A stretch of DNA of 64,000 nt from an uncultured Muribaculaceae bacterium (GTDB lineage Bacteria > Bacillota_I > Bacilli_A > RF39 > UBA660): assembly GCA_964493665.1 (NCBI GenBank), contig CAZBOZ010000002.1, positions 1,207-65,206 of the forward strand, given 5' to 3'. Shown here one piece after another: positions 48,469-57,408 of this stretch (position 1 is the first letter of the stretch; each line of letters begins with the position of its first letter). Under the pieces are notes generated by a model. That model was not told where the DNA came from, did not search any database, and saw nothing but the letters and a program-made list of their open reading frames with translations. Made by a program: the position numbers and the translations under genes.

Positions 48469-49953
48469 TTATTTTTTTAAATCTTCTATTGTAACTTTAC
48501 TGGTATGTGGTATTGGTTTCCATGTAACTTTTTTAAATAAAGCCACATAAGTTGTATATCTACCAATAATATCAAAGGTTGGCCAAGTAAAGCAGTATAA
48601 TACCTTCTTTAAAAAAGGTATTTTTATAATTCTTTTTCTTTCAATAACAAATAAATATATTGGTGTTAATACATTTTCAAAGTAATCACCAATTCTAAAA
48701 AACATTCTAAACCAAGTAGTAATTAAAAGACCCATTAAAAAAGCATTAACCCCTGGTTCTATATTTATTCTAAGTTCGAAGAAATGATTTATTAGTTTAG
48801 CTAAATAAGTACTACCTGATAATACATTAACATTGTTTATACCATTTAAATAGTAGTAGCAAGCTCCAATGACAAATGGAACCACTAACCATTTAAATAA
48901 ATAAACAACTGCTAAAGGAGTTAGTTGCATTAAAGTGTCAAAAGAAGCAAAGCGATGTCTTATAGACTCTAAAACATTTAAAATAAAGTTTTTAAATGTT
49001 TTGGCTTTTACTTCTTTTTCATGATGCCATTTAGTTCTAACAAATAACTTACCTAAAAAGATGTTTAAAAATAAATAGGGACCACTTTCTACAAAAGCTT
49101 CTAAATGGCCTCTAGACCATCTTAAACGTTGTCTTAGAGCTATTTTTAAACTAGTTGGTTGTTCATCAAAGAACTCTGCTGCATCATTATAAGTAATAGG
49201 GTATCCTTGAGCAACAGCATCAGCAGTTAAAGCTCTATCTTCAGTTAAAGATGTATATTTCCAACCATTTTCAATTATTTTGTTAGTAAATAAAAAACCT
49301 GTTCCTTGAATATTAGTAGCAAGTCTTAATACTGATCTAGCCCTATGATTCATTCTTATGGATCTAATCCAATGAAGCCCATAAGTAGAAGCTATCCAAT
49401 TCTCATCAAAATTCTTAGTATTTCGATAAGAACAAATTATCTTTTCACCAGCATCAAAAGCTTCATTCATTCTAGTTATATAATCAGTATTAAGTAAATT
49501 ATCAGCATCGAATATGAAGTATCCTTCGTAGTTCATTCTGCCATAATCTTCTTCAATTCTTTCACATAGATATTGTAAAGCAAAACCTTTGGTTTTATGA
49601 ATATCATCAAATCTTTCGTAACAAATAGCACCCTTACTTCTAGCTATTTCAGCAGTATTATCAGTACAATTATCAGCTACTACAAAAATAGTAACTAAAT
49701 TACTGGGATAATCTTGTTTATTAATACTATCAAGTAGGTTGCCAATAACATTTTTTTCGTTACGAGCTGCAATCATAATCGCATATTTATGATTCTTTTT
49801 GGCGGGTTTAAACTTCCTAGTAAAAAAAAGGCCAATAAATATATAAGCCGTTTTATAAGCCAGCATAACACTTAAAACTGTACCGATGACATTATATATT
49901 TCTTTGCTTTGTAAATAGGAATTACCAATCGCCGTTATTATATCTTTTAGCAT
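48469..49953 (-). CDS. Processive family-2 glycosyltransferase with a C-terminal multi-TM domain (PgaC/IcaA/cellulose-synthase-like; QxxRW motif)
   Basis: GT-A motifs (IAARNEKNVIGNLLDS, FDADN, and QRLRWSRGH = Q(R/Q)xRW). Flanked by an N-terminal TM and 4-5 C-terminal TMs. Confidence 0.7.
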   Translation of the reverse strand: MLKDIITAIGNSYLQSKEIYNVIGTVLSVMLAYKTAYIFIGLFFTRKFKPAKKNHKYAIMIAARNEKNVIGNLLDSINKQDYPSNLVTIFVVADNCTDNTAEIARSKGAICYERFDDIHKTKGFALQYLCERIEEDYGRMNYEGYFIFDADNLLNTDYITRMNEAFDAGEKIICSYRNTKNFDENWIASTYGLHWIRSIRMNHRARSVLRLATNIQGTGFLFTNKIIENGWKYTSLTEDRALTADAVAQGYPITYNDAAEFFDEQPTSLKIALRQRLRWSRGHLEAFVESGPYLFLNIFLGKLFVRTKWHHEKEVKAKTFKNFILNVLESIRHRFASFDTLMQLTPLAVVYLFKWLVVPFVIGACYYYLNGINNVNVLSGSTYLAKLINHFFELRINIEPGVNAFLMGLLITTWFRMFFRIGDYFENVLTPIYLFVIERKRIIKIPFLKKVLYCFTWPTFDIIGRYTTYVALFKKVTWKPIPHTSKVTIEDLKK

Positions 49954-50077
49954 ATATTAATCTCTCCAACTGATAAGAGTATATCATAAGTCTAAAAGTA
50001 ATGCTATTTTACATTTACTTTATAAAAAAACGCCATAATAAGGACTTTTATAGTATAATAAATTAAAGGTGATTAAT

Positions 50078-51154
50078 TTGAAAGTTATAGTTACAGCAGG
50101 AGGATCTGGAGGTCATATATATCCAGCCTTAGCTATTATTAGAAAAATAATTGAAAAAGATAAAAAATCCGAAATATTATATATTGGAACTCATAATCGT
50201 ATGGAGAAAGATATAATTCCTAGTGAAGGAATTAATTATAAAGCTTTAAAAATATATGGTTTTAGTTCTAGAACGCCATTTAGAGACATTAAAAACATTT
50301 ATTATATATATAAGTCTTACAAAGAATCTTTAGAAATAATTAAAGATTTTAAACCTGATATTGTTATTGGTGTAGGTGGGTATGTAACATATCCAGTATT
50401 AAAAGCTGCTCATAAATTAGGCATTAAAACTCTTATTCATGAACAAAATGCCTTACCTGGTAAATCTAATAAAGCTATTTCTAAATTTACTGATGTAATA
50501 GCAGTATCATTTCCCGAAACAAAAGAGTCTTTTAAACATAATAAAGTTTATGTAACAGGAAATCCTTGTGGTGAAAATGCTTTAACTATCAAACCAATAA
50601 AAAGAAGTGTTTATAACTTAAATGATAAAGATAAATTAGTGTTAATAGTGGCTGGTAGTCAAGGTTCATCATCAATAAATACTAAAATGAAAGAATTTTT
50701 AAAGCTAAAAAATGTTAATTACCAAGTTTTATATGTAACTGGCAAAAGCTTTTATGAAAACTTTATAAAAGATGAAAAATTTCCTAGTAATGTAAAAGTT
50801 GTCCCTTATGTTGATAACTTATCAGGATTTTTAAAAAGTACTGATTTAGTAATAACTAGAGCCGGAGCATCGATAATGAGCGAATTAATAGCATTAAATG
50901 TTCCTAGTATCTTAATTCCATCTCCTTATGTACCTAATAACCATCAATATCATAATGCTTTAAGATTATCAAAAATAAATGCTGCGGTATTATTAGAAGA
51001 AAGTGAATTAAGTGCTTTAAGACTAAGAGAAGAAGTAACTAAGTTACTTGATAATAAAGATGCTTATCAAAAAATAAAAAATAATTTAAACAAAATAGAA
51101 GTAAAAAACAGTAGTGAATTAATTTATAATATAATAAAGGACATGGTGAAATAA
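50078..51154 (+). CDS. murG: UDP-GlcNAc:undecaprenyl-PP-MurNAc-pentapeptide GlcNAc transferase
   Basis: TAGGSGGHIYPALAI G-loop, plus the C-terminal TRAGASIMSELIALNVPSILIP. TTG 50078 is preferred over the track start GTG 50069 on SD spacing (either is possible). Confidence 0.85.
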   Translation: MKVIVTAGGSGGHIYPALAIIRKIIEKDKKSEILYIGTHNRMEKDIIPSEGINYKALKIYGFSSRTPFRDIKNIYYIYKSYKESLEIIKDFKPDIVIGVGGYVTYPVLKAAHKLGIKTLIHEQNALPGKSNKAISKFTDVIAVSFPETKESFKHNKVYVTGNPCGENALTIKPIKRSVYNLNDKDKLVLIVAGSQGSSSINTKMKEFLKLKNVNYQVLYVTGKSFYENFIKDEKFPSNVKVVPYVDNLSGFLKSTDLVITRAGASIMSELIALNVPSILIPSPYVPNNHQYHNALRLSKINAAVLLEESELSALRLREEVTKLLDNKDAYQKIKNNLNKIEVKNSSELIYNIIKDMVK

Positions 51155-52041
51155 TGAATGATTTAAACAAATACGGAGAAACAATTGAAAATGTTGATTT
51201 AACAAATTATAATACTTACAAAATAACCTCTAGTGCTAAGTATTTGGTTAAACCCTATAATTTAGAAAGCTTAATTAATTTAATAAAATATTTAAAAGTA
51301 AATAATATTAAATATTTTATTTTAGGTGGCGGCTCTAACGTTATTTTAAGTTCTAATCATTTTAATGGTGTAATAATAAAACTAGATAATTTTAATGAAA
51401 TAGAAATAAATGGGGTAGAAGTAAAAGTAGGAGCAGGAGTCATGTTTAACAAGTTTTCTTTAGACATGATTAATAGAAACCTAAAAGGACTAGAATGGTC
51501 AACAGGAATACCTGGAACAATAGGTGGCTCGATAGTTTCTAATGCTGGAGCTTATACTAAAGAAATGTTTGATTTTGTAAAAGAAGTTTATGTTTTAGAT
51601 AAAGATCTAAATTTAATAACTTTATTAAAAGATGAAATAGAACATAGTTATCGTAGTACAGTATTTAAAGAAACTAAAGATTATATCGTCATTGGTGCTG
51701 CTCTTATATTAAAAGAAGGTACTAAAGAAGCTTCAATGGAATTAGTTCAAGACAGATTAAATAGAAGAATGGCTAGTCAACCACTTGAATATCCATCAGC
51801 AGGAAGTGTCTTTAGAAATCCAAATGAAGAACAACCGGCTGGCAAATTAATAGAAGACGCAGGACTTAAAAACACTCATATAAATGATGCTTATGTATCC
51901 CAAAAACATGCTAATTTTATCTTAAATATGGGTAAAGCTACTAGTAGTGATATAATAACTTTGATAAATAATGTTGAAAAAACAGTATTTGAAAAATATA
52001 ATATTCATTTAAAATTGGAGCAAGAAATAATAAATTGGTGA
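51154..52041 (+). CDS. murB: UDP-N-acetylenolpyruvoylglucosamine reductase
   Basis: FAD-binding FILGGGSNVI. Catalytic region SVFRNPNEEQPAGKLIE (Ser/Glu active site context). Confidence 0.85.
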   Translation: MNDLNKYGETIENVDLTNYNTYKITSSAKYLVKPYNLESLINLIKYLKVNNIKYFILGGGSNVILSSNHFNGVIIKLDNFNEIEINGVEVKVGAGVMFNKFSLDMINRNLKGLEWSTGIPGTIGGSIVSNAGAYTKEMFDFVKEVYVLDKDLNLITLLKDEIEHSYRSTVFKETKDYIVIGAALILKEGTKEASMELVQDRLNRRMASQPLEYPSAGSVFRNPNEEQPAGKLIEDAGLKNTHINDAYVSQKHANFILNMGKATSSDIITLINNVEKTVFEKYNIHLKLEQEIINW

Positions 52042-52045
52042 GGTC

Positions 52046-52780
52046 ATGGAAGAAAAGGGTACTAAGAAAGTTAAAGTTAAAAGATTTAACTTTAAAAAAT
52101 TATTAATTCTTATTTTAATCCTTTATGTAATCTTTTGCATTGGTTATAATCTTTTTAATATGCCTATTAAAAACATTTTAATATTGGGTACAAATAATTT
52201 AACTGATTATGAAATAATAACTACTGCTAAGATAAAGGATTATCCAGGTATATTTAAAATTAGTTCTAAAACTTTAGAAAAAAGAATAGCTAAATTAGAC
52301 TTAGTAAAAAATGTTTCTATTAAAAAAAGTATTAAAGGAGTACTAACTATTGATATAGATGAAAACAAATTACTATTTATAAATAAAAGTACTAATAAAA
52401 TAATCCTAGAAAATGGCAAAGAATTAGATAATACTAACTATATGGGCGTTCCTACTTTAGTTAATTATGTTCCTAATGATTTATATGAAGAATTAATAGA
52501 AGCTTTAGCCAAAGTAGATCAAGATGTTCTATATTCTATAAGTGAAATAGAATATTCGCAATATTTAAGTACTACTGGCGAAGTAATAGATAGTGAAAGA
52601 TTTTTACTTAGAATGAATGATGATAATACTGTTTATACTAATATAACCAACATATTAAAATTAAATAAATATAAAAAAATAGTAGCTTCTTTAGAGTCTA
52701 AGGGAATCTTATATTTAGATTCTAGTGATACCGAAAATTTTATATTTGTAGAATATGAAAGCATAAACAATGAAGACTAA
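52046..52780 (+). CDS. divIB: Cell division protein DivIB/FtsQ (single TM plus POTRA)
   Basis: N-terminal TM then a POTRA-like module (ILILGTNNLTDYEII). Sits in the murB-divIB position. Confidence 0.6.
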   Translation: MEEKGTKKVKVKRFNFKKLLILILILYVIFCIGYNLFNMPIKNILILGTNNLTDYEIITTAKIKDYPGIFKISSKTLEKRIAKLDLVKNVSIKKSIKGVLTIDIDENKLLFINKSTNKIILENGKELDNTNYMGVPTLVNYVPNDLYEELIEALAKVDQDVLYSISEIEYSQYLSTTGEVIDSERFLLRMNDDNTVYTNITNILKLNKYKKIVASLESKGILYLDSSDTENFIFVEYESINNED

Positions 52781-53396
52781 TTATTATTTAAAAATGGAAG
52801 AACAATTAAAAGAGTTAACAAACGTCCCAAAATTATTACTTCATAGTTGTTGTGGACCTTGTAGTAGTCATGTTATCTCTTTTTTAACTAATTATTTTGA
52901 TATAACTGTATATTATTATAATCCCAATATATATCCAAATTCTGAATATGAAAAAAGAAAACAAGAACAAATAAAATTTATTAAAGAATTTAAACCAGTA
53001 AATAAATTAGACTTTTTAGATGCCGATTATGACAATAATAATTATAATTTAGATTTAAAAGATATTCCTTTTACTAAAGAAGGCGAATATAGATGCTATA
53101 ATTGCTATCTTTATAGAATGAAAAAAACAGCTATTAAAGCTAAAGGACTTGATTTTGATTATTTTACTACTACCTTATCAGTAAGTCCTCATAAAAATAG
53201 TTTATTTATTAATAAAATAGGTGAGGAATTACAAAAAGAATACAATATAAATTTTTTATATAGTGATTTTAAGAAAAAAGAGGGCTATAAAAACAGTATT
53301 GAGCTTTCTAAAAAATATAATTTATATCGTCAGGACTATTGTGGATGTATTTATTCTTTGACAAGCAATAAAGATTTAAGTAAAATAGAAGAGTAA
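52770..53396 (+). CDS. queH: Epoxyqueuosine reductase QueH (DUF208)
   Basis: LLLHSCCGPCSS and CYNCYLYR Cys motifs of QueH; ends DYCGCIYS. Confidence 0.8.
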   Translation: MKTNYYLKMEEQLKELTNVPKLLLHSCCGPCSSHVISFLTNYFDITVYYYNPNIYPNSEYEKRKQEQIKFIKEFKPVNKLDFLDADYDNNNYNLDLKDIPFTKEGEYRCYNCYLYRMKKTAIKAKGLDFDYFTTTLSVSPHKNSLFINKIGEELQKEYNINFLYSDFKKKEGYKNSIELSKKYNLYRQDYCGCIYSLTSNKDLSKIEE

Positions 53397-54166
53397 TGAA
53401 AAGAGGAACAAAAATGGAAAAGAACAAGAATGGACTTAAAGTTTTACTACTTATGTTAATCATAATATTAATAGGTATATTTGGCTATCTCGCTTATCAA
53501 AAATATACAGATTCAAAAGAGGCTTTAGATAATTGCGAGGTAGAAGAGACAAACTTACTAGCAGATTTGGATATTAAAGAACAAGCCAGCTTATATAACA
53601 TAATAGAAAAAATAAAACTTGTTGGGTTAACTGACTTTAATGATGGTACAGATGAAAATATAGATGATATGATTTTTGCTAATTTTACAGATAACCAAAT
53701 GGCTCTATATCTTTTATGGACCCGAAACTTTAGGGCAACGGACACAATATGCCTTTCTAATGATTCTGAATCAGGAGCATTAAAGAACTGTATTTTAGAT
53801 AGTACTTACAATTTATTATCTGCCTCAGGCTATAATGAAGCAGTAAGCCTTGATGTATTAAATTCTGAATCAGGAGCTATCTTTGGCAAAGAAATAAACG
53901 TTGCTAATTTAAATGATTATATGTCTATATATAATTATAATGACGATTATTATGTTGTGAGCTCTGATATCAACTTTATTGACCCACTTACAATTTATAG
54001 CGTTTCGCTAGTAAAAGTTGGCGATAATTATGTTGCAACAATAAAAGCTAGAGGCTGTGATGATTGTGACTCCGATGATATAACTTATAAATTTACTTTT
54101 AGTACTTTAATTAATTCTATCAATGCCTATACTGTAGTTCCAATATCATTCATTCAAGAAGATTAA
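53396..54166 (+). CDS. Hypothetical membrane-anchored extracytoplasmic protein (256 aa)
   Basis: Single N-terminal TM (LKVLLLMLIIILIGIFGYLAY). Cys pairs CEVEE / CLSND...NC and CDDCD. No family recognised. Confidence 0.4.
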   Translation: MKRGTKMEKNKNGLKVLLLMLIIILIGIFGYLAYQKYTDSKEALDNCEVEETNLLADLDIKEQASLYNIIEKIKLVGLTDFNDGTDENIDDMIFANFTDNQMALYLLWTRNFRATDTICLSNDSESGALKNCILDSTYNLLSASGYNEAVSLDVLNSESGAIFGKEINVANLNDYMSIYNYNDDYYVVSSDINFIDPLTIYSVSLVKVGDNYVATIKARGCDDCDSDDITYKFTFSTLINSINAYTVVPISFIQED

Positions 54167-54193
54167 TTAAAAATTAATTTAAGGGAGGTTTAT

Positions 54194-55084
54194 ATGCAAA
54201 GGTATACTTATCACGTAGGATTTTGTAGTGGTAATCAAGTAGAAATAATTGATTTATCTAAAATATCTGATTATGAAAGATTGGCGAAGGTTTATGGCAC
54301 TGGAATACGCGCTATAGACATGTTTACTTCTATGATGGATAGTGAAAGCCAAATGTTAAATGAATTAGATAAAAAAGGTTTAATAAAGGGTGCAGGATCA
54401 TTAAACTTATTTTTAAGAGACCATAGTAAAAACAAAGTAAGAGAAGTCTATGGGGGGTTATTATATAAAAAATCATGGCAATTTTTAAATAGGGAAACTA
54501 TTATAAATTTTTTTAAGGCTAACATTAAAAAACCAGAATTTATCGAAGAAGCTATAGAATTTTTTGATATATACTTTGGAATCAAAAAAACTTCTGATCT
54601 GAATGAACCAGCAGATACAGATGAAATGGCAAATACAGATTCTGAATCACAAGAAGAAAGTAAAAACATTCATCCATTAAATATATATTTGACTACTTTA
54701 AGTCAATATAAAGAAATGCTTACCTTCCCTTATCAAACTGCTAATCAAAGAATAGTAAATAAGCACATCGAAAAATTAAGGACTGATTCTTTAGATGCTC
54801 TAATAATAATGGCTGACCATATATCTCATAAGAAATCTGACCAAGCTAAAGGCCTTGGTGAAGTGAATTATAGAGGCCTTAGGGATGTAGCAATGTTTTG
54901 TTATCATATACAAAAACATTTACAAAGCCAAAAAGTAAAATTAAAAAAATCGCCTATTAAAGAGGGCATAGATACAGGGTTATCTGAATTAGAAGAATAT
55001 AATAGAGATAATGATGAGTTTTTAACTCCTGAAGAGTATGAAATGATGCATGCTGAAGGCGAAAAGGTCGTTAATGCCAGATAA
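54194..55084 (+). CDS. Hypothetical cytoplasmic protein (296 aa)
   Basis: Intact ORF with RBS agggagg. Acidic linker (EPADTDEMANTDSESQEES). No recognisable family. Confidence 0.4.
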   Translation: MQRYTYHVGFCSGNQVEIIDLSKISDYERLAKVYGTGIRAIDMFTSMMDSESQMLNELDKKGLIKGAGSLNLFLRDHSKNKVREVYGGLLYKKSWQFLNRETIINFFKANIKKPEFIEEAIEFFDIYFGIKKTSDLNEPADTDEMANTDSESQEESKNIHPLNIYLTTLSQYKEMLTFPYQTANQRIVNKHIEKLRTDSLDALIIMADHISHKKSDQAKGLGEVNYRGLRDVAMFCYHIQKHLQSQKVKLKKSPIKEGIDTGLSELEEYNRDNDEFLTPEEYEMMHAEGEKVVNAR

Positions 55085-55085
55085 A

Positions 55086-55111
55086 AAGATTGTATATTTA
55101 CAATCTTTTTT
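55086..55111 (+). terminator. Rho-independent terminator
   Basis: aagattgta-tatt-tacaatctt 9-bp stem plus T-run, then a TATAAT (55113-55118) ahead of the Xer gene. Confidence 0.6.
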
Positions 55112-55124
55112 CTATAATTAAACT

Positions 55125-56015
55125 ATGGAAGATTTAATTATAGAGTTTGTTAATTATTTAGAATATGAAAGACATCTTAGTAATAATACAATATTAAATT
55201 ATCATTTAGATTTAGATAATTATTTTAACTATGTAAAAAAACATAATCTTAATTACTTAAATATTACTAAAGAAGAAATAAGAGAATATTTAAAATACTT
55301 TGATACTTTAAAATTAAAAAATAAAAGTATTGCTAGACATTTAAGTTCTTTAAGAATGTTTTATGACTATTTATTAGAAAAAAACTTAATAATTAGTAAT
55401 ATTTTTAAAATGATTAAAACCCCTAAAAAAGAAAAACTATTACCTAATTATTTAGATTATGAGGACTTAGATAAACTCTTAAGTGCTTTTGATTTAAATA
55501 AGCCTCTAGAACTACGAAATAAGCTTATTATAGAGATGTTTTATTCTACCGGGGTTAGAGTTAGTGAATTAGTGAATATTAAGCTAGATGGCTTTAATTT
55601 TAGTGATAAATCCATAAAAGTATTTGGTAAAGGTAATAAAGAAAGAATAGTTTACTTTGGTGACTTTGTAATTGATTTATATAATAAATATATGTTAATT
55701 AGAGATAAATTATTAAAAGGCAAACAAAGTAATTATTTATTTATTAATAATAAAGGAGATAATTTAACAGTTAGTGGTATTACTAATATGTTAAACATGA
55801 TCTTAAAAAAAGTAAGTATTAAAAATGATATAAGTCCCCATACACTAAGACATACTTTTGCTACTCATATGTTAAATAATGGGGCTGATTTAAAAAGTGT
55901 TCAAGAATTACTTGGTCATAGTAGCTTAAGTACTACTAGTATATATACTCATATATCAAATGAACGTCTTAGGAGAGTTTATTTAGAAACCCATCCTCAA
56001 GCTAGAAAAAAATAA
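55125..56015 (+). CDS. Tyrosine site-specific recombinase of the XerC/XerD family
   Basis: C-terminal catalytic region HTLRHTFATHMLNNGADLKSVQELLGHSSLSTTSIYTHI (R..H-R-H/W..Y). N-terminal core-binding domain. 296 aa, typical Xer length. Confidence 0.8.
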   Translation: MEDLIIEFVNYLEYERHLSNNTILNYHLDLDNYFNYVKKHNLNYLNITKEEIREYLKYFDTLKLKNKSIARHLSSLRMFYDYLLEKNLIISNIFKMIKTPKKEKLLPNYLDYEDLDKLLSAFDLNKPLELRNKLIIEMFYSTGVRVSELVNIKLDGFNFSDKSIKVFGKGNKERIVYFGDFVIDLYNKYMLIRDKLLKGKQSNYLFINNKGDNLTVSGITNMLNMILKKVSIKNDISPHTLRHTFATHMLNNGADLKSVQELLGHSSLSTTSIYTHISNERLRRVYLETHPQARKK

Positions 56016-56035
56016 CCTGTAACACAGATGTCACA

Positions 56036-56164
56036 AATTTAACAAAATGTTGCAAAAAAACTAAAAAATGTTACAAACCCAACCCGTAACACAAATGTCA
56101 CAAATTTAGCAAAATGTTGCAAAAATAGCAAAAAATGTCACAAAAAGTTGCTTTTTTTATAAAA
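56036..56164. repeat. Tandem direct repeat: two ~67-bp units (~90% identical), each with three copies of the decamer ATGTYRCAAA spaced 19-21 bp apart
   Basis: Unit 1 is 56036-56102 and unit 2 is 56103-56164. Decamers at 56048, 56067, 56088, 56115, 56134 and 56155; a seventh TGTTACAA at about 56178 overlaps the Fic RBS. Confidence 0.75.
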
Positions 56165-56199
56165 ATATGCTATTTTTGTTACAAGGAGTGTTGTTTTTT

Positions 56200-57312
56200 A
56201 TGAAACCGTATCAATCAAAAGGAATGCCTTTTAGAACTTCTATTGATTATAATAATTTAATAATTCCTTTGTTAACAGCAAATTCAAGCATATCAAAATA
56301 TGATGGAATGTTGGAAGAACAATTAATAAATGAAGACTTATTTATAAATCCATTGACAAGAAAAGAAGCTCAGTTAAGCTCTCAAATAGAAGGAACGCAA
56401 GTGACTTTAATTGAAGTATTAGAAATTGAGGCTGATAATGGAAAAACACAAGATAAGAATAAGTATGATGATTTTATTGAAATAATCAATTATAACAAAG
56501 CTATAAAGTATGCTGAAGAAGAAGTCAGGGAAAAACATAAAATAAATTTATGGCTAATTAGAAATATCCATAAAATTTTGCTAAGTGGAGCAAGAGGAGA
56601 AGATAAAACTCCTGGAAGTTTCAGAACTAAACAAAATTGGATTGGTAAACCAGGTAGTTCAAGAGAAGAAGCATCTTTTATACCAGTTGCTCAAGAAAAA
56701 TTAGATGAAGTCTTGGATGAATTTGAAAAATATATAACTAATTATGATGAAAAGTCACCATTGATACAGGCTGCAGTAATTCATGCTCAATTTGAAAAAA
56801 TCCACCCATTTATGGATGGTAACGGTCGTATTGGTAGGATGCTAATACCATTGTATTTATATCACAAAGGTGTTGTAAAAAGACCTGCCATTTATATAAG
56901 TGAATATTTTGAAGAACATAGGGAAGAATATTTATCAAAACTACAATCCATTAATTCAGATGAAGGATGGGAAGAATGGATTTTGTTTTTTCTTAAAGCT
57001 ATTGAAGTTCAAGCAAATGCTAATATAAAGAAAATAAAAGAACTTCAAAATTTACATGAAGAATATAGTAATATAATAAATAAGGTGCTTGGTTCAAAAA
57101 ATAGTATTTATATTATTTCGGCATTATTTAAAAGGCCTATTTTTAAAATAAATAATATGTATGAAGAGCTTAATGACAAGCTTGATGTTGATAAAGTCAC
57201 TATAAGAAGATATATTAAAAAACTGGAACAAGCGGGCATAATAGAAGCAGAGAAAAATGTTGGTTACAATAGGAAATATTACTTTACTGCTTTAGTGGAA
57301 AAAATTAAATAA
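56200..57312 (+). CDS. Fic-family protein (class II AMPylase-type: N-terminal DUF4172-like region with inhibitory [ST]xxxE[GN] motif, canonical HPFxDGNGR, C-terminal wHTH)
   Basis: HPFMDGNGRIGRMLIPL Fic motif; upstream SSQIEGT inhibitory-helix motif. ATG 56200 (MKPYQSKG...) follows RBS aaggag; the longer track ORF from 56167 is less likely. Confidence 0.8.
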   Translation: MKPYQSKGMPFRTSIDYNNLIIPLLTANSSISKYDGMLEEQLINEDLFINPLTRKEAQLSSQIEGTQVTLIEVLEIEADNGKTQDKNKYDDFIEIINYNKAIKYAEEEVREKHKINLWLIRNIHKILLSGARGEDKTPGSFRTKQNWIGKPGSSREEASFIPVAQEKLDEVLDEFEKYITNYDEKSPLIQAAVIHAQFEKIHPFMDGNGRIGRMLIPLYLYHKGVVKRPAIYISEYFEEHREEYLSKLQSINSDEGWEEWILFFLKAIEVQANANIKKIKELQNLHEEYSNIINKVLGSKNSIYIISALFKRPIFKINNMYEELNDKLDVDKVTIRRYIKKLEQAGIIEAEKNVGYNRKYYFTALVEKIK

Positions 57313-57358
57313 AAACATTTTAAAAAATAAAATATAATGCTATAATAAAATAGAGCCA

Positions 57359-57389
57359 CGGTTCTCAAGAGTTTGAGAATCGTTTTTTT
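57359..57389 (+). terminator. Strong hairpin plus T7 in the fic-pyrG intergenic region: terminator of fic and/or pyrG leader attenuator
   Basis: cggttctcaa-gagt-ttgagaatcg 10-bp stem (one G.U pair) followed by ttttttt. Lies 20 nt upstream of the pyrG ATG, downstream of TATAAT-like boxes at 57333-57346. Confidence 0.5.
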
Positions 57390-57408
57390 GTTTTATGGGA
57401 GGCAAATT

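Noticed and set aside
55125-56165. Interpreting the Xer gene plus downstream repeats as an integrase/attachment site of an integrated mobile element
   Set aside because: The recombinase is typical housekeeping XerC/XerD length and sequence. Flanking genes on both sides are core (queH and dcw upstream, pyrG downstream). There are no phage or IS genes and no duplicated tRNA-end attachment site. The repeats are reported as a finding, but a mobile-element call is not supported.
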